In this document: positions 32,630-39,865 of the stretch, piece by piece
Layout of the letters: each line of letters starts with the position of its first letter
Position numbering within the stretch: the first letter of the stretch is position 1
NCBI GenBank assembly: GCA_963732945.1
Contig: CAVTBL010000017.1
Span: 324,224-388,223, forward strand
From: an uncultured Chloroflexia bacterium
Lineage (GTDB): Bacteria > Chloroflexota > Dehalococcoidia > DSTF01 > WHTK01
Direction: 5' to 3'
Length of the DNA stretch: 64,000 nt
Position numbers and translations under genes: made by a program
Notes under the pieces: generated by a model
Databases searched by the model: none
Told to the model about the DNA's origin: nothing
What the model saw: the letters and a program-made list of their open reading frames with translations, nothing else

Positions 32630-33841
32630 TTAGAAGCCGCTCGTGCCGTTGGGTGTGCCGAGGCCGCTGGGGCCGTCGAAGCCGGTGCCGCCTGCGCACA
32701 AGTAGGTGATGCAGAAGCCGTTCCTGCCGCTAACGACGTCGTAGAACGAGCCGCCGTGTGCGTACGGGTAAGAGCCGTACGTGGTAGAGCCGGCGTTGCC
32801 CGCGAGTGCGTAGATGCCGGCGATGATCGGCGTCGAAAGGCTGGTGCCGCCGACCTGGAACCAGCCGGTCGAGCACTTCAGCAGCTGGCAGTACGGAGTC
32901 GAGTCGTACACGGCCGCGCCCGTTTTCGGGTCGGCGTCTGCTGAGACGTCGGCGGTGGTACGGCGCGGGCAAAGAGGGTCCGTCTGCCAGGCAGGCTTCG
33001 GCGAATAGAGGCTGCAGCCGCTGCCCGTCCGCGCCCATACGCTCTCGGAGGCGCGCGTGTTGTCGGGGTTGAGGTTGAGGGTGGTCCCGCCGACAGCCGT
33101 CACATATTGCGACGACGCCGGGTATTCGGCCCCGTAACCGCCATCGCCCGTGGCGAACGTGATTGCGACGCCGGGGCGGTTGAAGTGACCATCGATCAGG
33201 GCAGAGTTCTGGACGAGGAACTCATGGTTACCCCAGGAGTTCGAGACCACGGCAGAGTGCGACGTGGCGTAATCCTCCGCGATCAGCAGGTTGAAGAAGC
33301 TGCTGTTCGCGGCTTCGACGAGGAGGATCTTGCAGTACGGGCACACTGCGTGGGCAATCTGGGTGTCGAGCGAAATCTCCAGGGCCCAGCCGCCGTTGCG
33401 CCACGGCAAGACCGTGCCGCCGAACTGGTTAACTTTCGTGAAGCAGCCGTCACCGGTCGTACAGGCAGGCAGCCCGAACGTGGTGCTGTAGGAGTTGAGG
33501 TCGCTCTCCGCCGTGGGGTCGTCGTAGGCATCGACGATGGCGATGGTCTGGCCGTTCCATACCCAGTCGGGCTGCACTTCCGAGGGTGCGATCTGCGGCA
33601 GCCCGTAGGCCGTCTGGAGCTGCAGCGGACCGTAGCCCGAAGGCAGGCTCTCTGCCTGAACGTCGCCTCGCTGGTTCGTGACCACCTGCGCATAGCAGCG
33701 TGCCTGCCCCTGAGCCGCGGGAGCGGGACAGGCCGCGAGATAAGACAGGAGAGGAGTCGGTGTTGCGGCGGAGGCTGAACCAGCGATCGCAAACAGAGTG
33801 AGAATTGCCAACGCAAATATGGCGGTGATTTCGCGTTTCAA
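32630..33841 (-). CDS. S53 (sedolisin/kumamolisin-like) secreted serine peptidase
   Basis: Sec signal (..AIAGSASAATP), IAIVDAYDDP..DL..FGLP, WALEISLD (E/D of the catalytic set), and VGGTSLSTPIIAG (nucleophile Ser). Confidence 0.7.
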   Translation of the reverse strand: MKREITAIFALAILTLFAIAGSASAATPTPLLSYLAACPAPAAQGQARCYAQVVTNQRGDVQAESLPSGYGPLQLQTAYGLPQIAPSEVQPDWVWNGQTIAIVDAYDDPTAESDLNSYSTTFGLPACTTGDGCFTKVNQFGGTVLPWRNGGWALEISLDTQIAHAVCPYCKILLVEAANSSFFNLLIAEDYATSHSAVVSNSWGNHEFLVQNSALIDGHFNRPGVAITFATGDGGYGAEYPASSQYVTAVGGTTLNLNPDNTRASESVWARTGSGCSLYSPKPAWQTDPLCPRRTTADVSADADPKTGAAVYDSTPYCQLLKCSTGWFQVGGTSLSTPIIAGIYALAGNAGSTTYGSYPYAHGGSFYDVVSGRNGFCITYLCAGGTGFDGPSGLGTPNGTSGF

Positions 33842-34010
33842 CCTCTTCTCCTTATCCCGGATGATTCATCGGTCCCTGTTGTCGTTTCGAGAGGATGCTA
33901 CCACTGCCGACAACCGCGCAGCCGGCTCCGATATCGAATTCCCATGCGGATAACTGCACGACTCCGCGCCGGGCAGTTGAGGGAGGAAGAGCAACGTTGG
34001 GCGGGGAAGG

Positions 34011-34370
34011 CTACGCCGCGTGGCGCAGCGCTTCCAGGATCGCGGCGAGGAACGTCGACTTCTCGTCCACGTCGCCCGTCAGGCGTTTTGCGCCGGACTG
34101 AATAGCGCGCCACTCGATGGCCGGCTCCCAGTTCGAGCTGTAGCTCAGGATCGGCGTGCTCGCGAGGGCGCCCTTGAGCGCCGGCAGGAACCACGAGTCC
34201 GCGTCGTCGACGCCGACGAGGACAACCCCCGGCTGGGTCTCCTGGGCGAGACGGACGGTTGCGATCTCCGGCGCAGCCTGAATCAGATTGATGCCCGGGA
34301 TGCCGTCGAAGTGCTGCGCCACCATCGCTCGGCGCTCGGAGTCCCCATCGATTAAGAAGACGTCATACAC
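34011..34370 (-). CDS. stand-alone receiver (REC)-like domain protein, degenerate
   Basis: 119 aa, (M)YDVFLIDGDSERR..GVVLVGVDD..PILSYSS... CheY-like alternation, but the acidic pocket is non-canonical. GTG start. Confidence 0.45.
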   Translation of the reverse strand: MYDVFLIDGDSERRAMVAQHFDGIPGINLIQAAPEIATVRLAQETQPGVVLVGVDDADSWFLPALKGALASTPILSYSSNWEPAIEWRAIQSGAKRLTGDVDEKSTFLAAILEALRHAA

Positions 34371-34506
34371 GGCAGGCCCTTCCTCGTTCTCAAGGCTTCA
34401 AACAGCCCACGCATACTATGTTCGTACAGTTTGCTTCCGATAATTACCCATGATTCTAGTCGTAACGAGCACAGGCAACTTTCTGACGGTCGACGAAGGA
34501 GTCGCG

Positions 34507-34659
34507 ATGCGACGGACTGACGACGTGCTGGTCTGCGTGGACGCGCGCGGCAAACGGCTGGTGGCCTTCAGGCACCAGGACGTGAGGGCGTTCGCGCGGC
34601 AGTCGAACTCGGATTACTGCGTATGGGAGTTCCCCTGGCAGCTCCCAAACGCCGCCTGA
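34507..34659 (+). CDS. small hypothetical protein (50 aa)
   Basis: ATG at 34507 lies 6 nt after GAAGGAG. Third-position GC is strong. Convergent with the RTX-like gene. The ORF-track version starts at 34450. Confidence 0.35.
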   Translation: MRRTDDVLVCVDARGKRLVAFRHQDVRAFARQSNSDYCVWEFPWQLPNAA

Positions 34660-34673
34660 CGCAGCTCCTACCC

Positions 34674-35467
34674 TCAGACCACGCTCTCGCTACCTACTTC
34701 GACGCGTCCGCCGTTGACGTGGCGGTCGGCGACGCCTGCGCCGTCGGTGAGGTCCGCGGCGTAGAGGTCGCGGACGATCGGGACCGGCGTACCGTCGGCG
34801 ATGGGCGCGGCGTCGAAGTCGCGGTCGGCGATCGGCGTACGGGTAGGCGTGGCGGTATCGGTGTGGCCGTCGCGCGTGACGATCGCGGGCGCGCTCGACT
34901 GCTGCGACGCGGTGTTGGATGCGCGTCGTCGTCCTCGTGCGAGCCGTCCTCGCAGTTCGTGGGCGTGCCGCCGCCGTTACCCGCGTCGCAGTAGTCGGTG
35001 CCGGGGCCGCCGTCGATGACGTCGGGGCCGTTGCCGCCGTAGATGCTGTCGTCACCGGCGCCGCCGTAGATGTAATCGCGGCCGTTGCCGCCGTACAGCC
35101 TGTCGTTGCCGTCGCCGCCGAGGATCACGTCGGTCGAGTTGCCGCCGTAAATCGTGTCGTTGCCGTCGCCGCCGACGATGCAGTCGCCCTGGTTGCCGCC
35201 CGTAATCGTGTCGTCGCCGCCGAGGCCGAAGATCAGGTCGTGGCCGTTGCCGCCGTGCAGGTCGTCGTTGCCCGGCGTGCCGTAGATCACGTGGTCGAAG
35301 TGCGACAGGCCGTGGTCGATGCACTCCTGCGGCACGGGCGGCGGGATGTTAGCCGCCTCGATGGTGAACACCTGCACCGTGCCGCCGTTGACGACCAGCG
35401 ACGCCGCCGAAGCGCCGATGACACTCAACATGATCATGCCCACGACGAACCAGATGAGCTTCCGCAT
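34674..35467 (-). pseudogene. RTX-like (hemolysin-type Ca-binding repeat) protein with N-terminal signal/anchor; frame break before the C-terminal domain
   Basis: [34 protein letters not shown].. is followed by about 10 GGxGxD nonapeptide repeats. After ..[10 protein letters not shown] the ORF-track frame becomes Pro/Arg/Ser/Thr-rich. The -1 frame has near-uniform GC3 and reads [82 protein letters not shown] with stop at 34674-34676. The shift lies near 34915-34925. Confidence 0.65.
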
Positions 35468-35476
35468 GGGCCGTTG

Positions 35477-35833
35477 CTACTTCGACGCGTCCGGCTTGTA
35501 GGCGAACTCGTAGGTCACGCCGCCGTCCGGCACGAACAGCAGCTCGCGTCCTCCTGCGCCTGGCTGAAGATGATCTTGCCGTCGCGCTGCGCCATCTTGG
35601 CCAGGTCCTGCAGGCTCGAGAGGCGGATACGCTGCAGCGCCGTAGTCTTCGACTGCCTCGACGGGCACGAGCTTGACGCCGATGCGTGTCAGCAGCTGCA
35701 CCGCTGCGCCGCGCCCGAGGCCGAGGAACACGACGGCGCCGAAGACCGCCCCGGCGCCAACCGCGAGCACGGCAAGCAGGCCCGCTACGAGACGCGCCCG
35801 CGACACGCTCAGCGTCGTGACGAGCAGGCTCAC
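35477..35833 (-). pseudogene. membrane protein X3 (TM + small C-terminal domain), two compensating frame breaks
   Basis: GTG overlaps the X2 stop (GTGA). VSLLVTTLSVSRARLVAGLLAVLAVGAGAVFGAVVFLGL is the TM segment. The middle segment codes well only in another frame (LQRIRLSSLQDLAKMAQRDGKIIFSQAQED). It then returns to ..ELLFVPDGGVTYEFAYKPDASK*. Shifts lie near 35631-35648 and 35540-35560. Confidence 0.5.
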
Positions 35834-36681
35834 GTGGTTGGTCGAGTGCTGTGCTCGACGACGGTCTTCGGCTGGCTGGCCTGCAGGTCCGTCGCGGGCG
35901 TGATCGTGGTCTTGTCGTAGGTGAAGGTGAGGGGCGAGCTGTAGGTCTCGTTGACCTGCTTGCCGTCGACGGTGCCCGTGACGCTGACGTGCGGCACCAC
36001 CGTTATGTCGTATTTGCCCGCCTTGTAGTTCGTCTCCTTCTCGATCTGGTCGATCGTCGTCTGGATCGGCCTCAGGTCGATCACCGCGTTGCCGTTGGCC
36101 GTCGAGCCGTTGAACGCCGTCGGCGCCATCAGCGTCGACGTGTCGCTCCAGCCCGGCGTGCCGCTGGGCTGCACCAGGAGGTCGGCGCTGATCTGGCCCT
36201 GCAGGTCGGTCGCGGTTGCGCCGGTCAGCCCGTAGCCGAAGCCGACCTCGATGCTCTGTGACCAGGGCCGTGTAGATCGGCGTGGCCGCCGGCGCGCTGG
36301 CCGCGGGTCGCGGCGCCGGCGGGGCTAGCGCCGGGGGTGGTAGTTCCAGCGTTCGCCGGCGCCGCGTCTGCGGCCGTCACCGGGCCGATCTTGCCCAACT
36401 GGTAGACCAGCGACGGCGTGACGTTGAACGTGTAGCGTAGCTCAGCGACTGCGTGTACGCGGTCTGCGTCACGCTGGTGTGTGCGAGGGCGAGGTCGTCA
36501 GGGCGGGGAGCGCCAGGAGGCCGCGGCCAGCGCCAGCAGCGCCGCGACGCCGAGGCCGGCGAACGACCACGCCGGCGGCCTGCATCTGCAGCCGTGACGT
36601 TGCCGCGTAGCGCCGTCGCGTGCGCCTGCGCTGCCGTCTTGCGCGGCGGAACCGTCCGCGCTCGCCTACTTGAGTTGCCAT
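35830..36681 (-). pseudogene. membrane protein X2 (Arg-rich N-terminus, TM, beta-rich ectodomain), multiply frame-disrupted
   Basis: ATG at 36681 lies 7 nt after GGGGAGG. The best-coding frames give MATQVGERGRFRRARRQ.. / WSFAGLGVAALLALAAASW (TM) / DDLALAHTSVTQTAYTQSLSY / RYTFNVTPSLVYQLGKIGPV.. / ..IEVGFGYGLTGATATDLQGQISADLLVQPSGTPGWSDTS..KYDITVVPHVSVTGTVDGKQVNETYSSPLTFTYDKTTITPATDL..*. At least 4 frame switches (near 36570-36582, 36500-36510, 36430-36442 and 36250-36290). Confidence 0.5.
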
Positions 36682-36683
36682 AC

Positions 36684-37185
36684 TCAGACCTCCCCGCCGT
36701 CGTCGCTTTTCTTTTTGAGTGTCTGTGTCTCCGGCGATGCCGATGCTGGCGAGGCCGCCGAACAGCGCCGCCATGTAGGCCGGCTGGCGCAGCTTGAGCA
36801 CGAGGCTGCCCTTGCCGGACATGTGCAGCCACGCCTTGCCGATCACGTCGGCGTCCTTCGGGTGCCAGCCGTCGACCCACGAGTTGTTGACGCCCTGCGT
36901 GTCGTAGCCGTTGACGCCGTCGCCGCCGATGATGCGGTGGATGACGTTGTTGCCGGCCCCGTTTTCGCCCGCCGGGATCGTGTAGGCGACGATGTCGCCG
37001 ATCTTGTAGTGCGCCTGCCGGTGCGTGACCACGAGGTCGCCGGTGTAGTACTTCGGCTCCATGCTGTGACCGGACACGATGATGTAGCCGGTCGGGCCGC
37101 CGACGAACGTGGGTCGCAGCAAGACGAACCACGAGGCGAAGACGACGAGCGTCAGCAGAGGTAGCAGAAATTTGACCGGCTTCAT
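36684..37185 (-). CDS. signal peptidase I, S26B (SipW/Sec11 archaeal-eukaryotic type)
   Basis: N-terminal TM, VSGHSMEP (nucleophile Ser), GDIV, VIHRI (general-base His), TQGVNNSWVD (the TKGDNN..D box), and a C-terminal TM (AALFGGLASIGIAG). The ORF-track tail to 36469 is Arg-rich read-through. A 1-nt shift in the A5/A4 runs near 36700-36716 gives ..KKKSDDGGEV* with TGA at 36684-36686, 2 nt before the X2 ATG. Confidence 0.8.
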
Positions 37186-37252
37186 TCCGTTGCCTTACTG
37201 AGCGTGGCTGGCCCGCACGAAAGTGGGCCTGAATCACCTCGCATGCGTTAGT

Positions 37253-37287
37253 CTGGAGTGGGGCCGGCGAAGCCGGCCCCACTCCAG
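37253..37287 (-). promoter_or_regulatory. intercistronic GC-rich stem-loop between X1 and the signal peptidase gene
   Basis: CTGGAGTGGGGCCGGC (37253-37268) pairs perfectly with GCCGGCCCCACTCCAG (37272-37287), a 15-16 bp stem. It starts 8 nt after the inferred X1 stop. No U-tract follows it on the coding strand. Confidence 0.7.
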
Positions 37288-37294
37288 CGTCTGA

Positions 37295-37726
37295 CTAGGG
37301 GTAGGTGTCGTAGACGAAGACTTGGATCGAACCTATGTGCGTGCGGATCGAGCGTTGGGTCGATCGTAGCTGATGCGGACTCGCCCATGCAGTACCTGCA
37401 ACCAGCGTGCCTCCGGTGAAGGTCGGCGGGAATGTCCGAAGCTGCCCGTCCAGATGTTGTGCCGCCAGCGTCCTTGACGATGACGTCCATCTCGCCGCCT
37501 GCGCAGGTCGATGTCAAGGCCGTCCACGAGTGATCGCCTGAGATCTGGAATTCGCCAGTTGTGCTGTAGTGCACTGTGACGCCGTCCGTATCGCACTGGA
37601 CGTTGCTCAGCGTGCCTGCCTGGACGGCGCCGCCAGTCCGACAGTCAGAGTGGCAGCGGCGCCGTAGGCGACACCGGCAACAGCCAGGGCGGCCACGATG
37701 CCGATCAAGAACTTGAATTTGAACAC
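37295..37726 (-). pseudogene. small secreted protein X1 (candidate SipW substrate/fibre subunit), frame-disrupted
   Basis: AAGGAGA-N7-GTG (37726). (M)FKFKFLIGIVAALAVAGVAYGAAATLTV is the signal peptide, then a frame switch near 37636-37645 to ..TGGAVQAGTLSNVQCDTDGVTVHYSTTGEFQISGDHSWTALTSTCAGGEMDVIVKDAGG.. The best 3' frame ends ..IGSIQVFVYDTYP* at 37295-37297. A second switch lies somewhere in 37330-37440 and the exact path is unresolved. Confidence 0.45.
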
Positions 37727-38508
37727 TTAGTGGTCTCCTTGCTCGGACCCGCCCGCGAGCGCGGACAGGCCTACGTATCCGTACGTTGTCGGTAGCTATG
37801 CGTGTTCAAGGGGTAGTGGCATCACCTCCCGTTGGGCAAACGGGAGGAGTAAAAGACGCAACTTCTTTCATATATCAAGGCCAGGCGCCGCGAATCGCAG
37901 AGCCTGGCCCTGATACGATGAAAGAGCAGCGGAGTGCGCGTAACTCCCGTTGCCCCGGCGTCCTCGTGGTTGCCGCCACGAGGCGCCTCTCTTCTATTCA
38001 GACAACAGCCCGCGCGGTTTCGAGGCCGCGCTCGGCTGTTCGCCCGCGTTTGTGGATCGTCACGCGGACGCTGCTATCCGGGTCGAGCGATTGCTAGATC
38101 AGGGAGACGAGGCGTTCGGTACGCGCGCGCAACTAGGCACGCAGCACCGGGTCCGTAGACTCGCCCGCCCAACCACGCAGTCAGACCGGCACCCGATAGC
38201 AAAGGTCAGGCATCACCTGAACGTGACGATGACGGCCCGACTTGGGCCTGCGTACCCTCCTGCCGCTGCTTCCTTGCGGCCCCGGCGTTACGCCGGTGGA
38301 GGCGGGGTGACGTTCATACCGAACGCCGCCCAACTATCGCGGACAGGACAGATACGTGTCAACGTTTTCTTGTCAGAATCTGAACATAACGCGCGACAAT
38401 GTGTAACATTTAACAACGACAACTCATGAATTAGGATGCCTTAGCGCTCTAACGAGCGCAGCGCGGCGAATTGTGCCGCCGAGGATCTGCTGCTGTGCGC
38501 AGGCCGGA

Positions 38509-39719
38509 CTAGTTCCAGAGGCGCTTCGAGGCGATGGCGGCGCCTTCGGACATCGCCTTGAGCTTGGCCCAGACGATCTCCTCGTGGCCCACGCGCGAGC
38601 CGATGCCGCAGTCCGTGCCCGTCTGCACGTTCTCGCGCCCGACGATGTTCGCGTAGTTGACGATGCGCTCCGCGACCACCTCCGGGTGCTCGACGAGGTC
38701 GGTGGCGTGCGATAGGACGCCCGGCATCAGCATCTTGCCCGCCGGCAGCTTCACCGTCTCCCAGACGTGGTACTCGTGCTCGTGGCGCACGTTCGCCGCC
38801 TCGATCGAGTACTGCATCGCGTTGATCTTGACCATGATGTCGGCGATGTACTTGAGCTCGATGTCGTAGACGTGGGGGCGGTGGCCGGAGCCCCAGCAGG
38901 TGTGGAACCTGACCAGCTCCTCGGGCAGGCCCTCGAGCGCGTGGTTCAGCACCTCGACCGAGAAGTTGAGGTACTTGCGCAGGTCCTCGACCTCCCAGTC
39001 GGGATAGAACGACCACGTGGTGCAGAACTCGGGCTCGTCGACCTGGACGATGAGGCCGGCGTCGGTGATCGCTTTGTACTCCTCACGGCAGGCCGCGGCG
39101 ACCGCCATCATGTACTCCTCTTCGGAGCCGTAGAACTCGTTGCGCACGCCGGCGCCGAGGCTCAACGGCCCCAGCGCGGCGATGTAGCCCTCGACGTCCT
39201 TGCCGGCGATCGCGGCCTTGAGGTCGGCGATGTCGAGCTTCACGGCGTCCTGGCCGGTGTAGGTGATCGGGCCGGAGCAGACGCGGGTCTCGCGATTGTT
39301 GATCGTGCGCACCTGGCCCGGCGTCATGAAGCCGGGCCGAATCGGGCCGCCGGAGCCGGAGAGCCAGAGGCCGGAGGCGTAGAAGCCCGGGAACTCACGC
39401 CGGTCGCGCTCGGCGGTGCTGGCGCGCTTCGGCGTGCGGTTGAGGGGTCGAAGGGGACGGTCGAGTAGCCGGTGACGCGGCCCTGCATGTAGCCGCCGTA
39501 GGAGCCGGCCTTGGCGTACTCGCCGTCGTTGACGATGTCGACGCCGCAGTCGATCTGGCGGTCGACGATCCACTGCACGGCCTTCGGCAGGCGCTGCAGG
39601 TACTCGGCGCGGTTGGCGCCCGAGGTGTCCTTGCCGCCGTCGATCAGCTCGTCGAGCTCGGGCGGGCGCGGCAGGTTGCCGGCGTGCGATACCAGGATGC
39701 GGTCGGTGCTGCGTCTCAT
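38509..39719 (-). pseudogene. MetE-like (UROD-fold) protein, paralog 2, frame-disrupted
   Basis: MRRSTDRILVSHAGNLPRPPEL..DGEYAKAGSYGGYMQGRVTGYSTVPFDP is in the frame of ORF 39324..40145. ..LNRTPKRAS..VCSGPITYTGQD..VRFHTCWGSGH..IEAANVRHEHEY..GTDCGI.. is in ORF 38509..39573. The break is at the G4 run 39444-39447. Confidence 0.8.
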
Positions 39720-39865
39720 CGTTTGGGTCTTTCTAGGGATACGTTTCGCTGTGGTTAGTGCCCGGCGGTTTCTGGCCGGGGAGGGCGGCGTGCCCGCATG
39801 GATGTGTGTCCAGCGAGCACGCCGCGAAGGAATCGACCGAACGTTACGTCCAGGCGGCGCCCGAA

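Noticed and set aside
34693-35492. 17-nt identical repeat CTACTTCGACGCGTCCG at 34693-34709 and 35476-35492, giving both ORF-track proteins a ..DASK* end, plus a Pro/Thr/Ser/Arg-rich tail on the RTX-like ORF
   Set aside because: In the RTX-like gene the 17-mer lies in a frame that third-position GC argues is not the coding frame, so the shared DASK end is probably an artefact. A single 17-nt match in 64 kb of GC-biased DNA on both strands is not clearly beyond chance.
37786-38429. Plus-strand ORFs in the long intergenic tract (37786-38097, 37934-38158 and 37950-38429)
   Set aside because: There is no RBS, poor third-position GC periodicity, Arg/Ser/Ala-rich composition, and mutual overlap in three frames. 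I treated the tract as non-coding. A faint ..DSSVRV.. similarity to IS5-type transposases on the minus strand was too weak to call.
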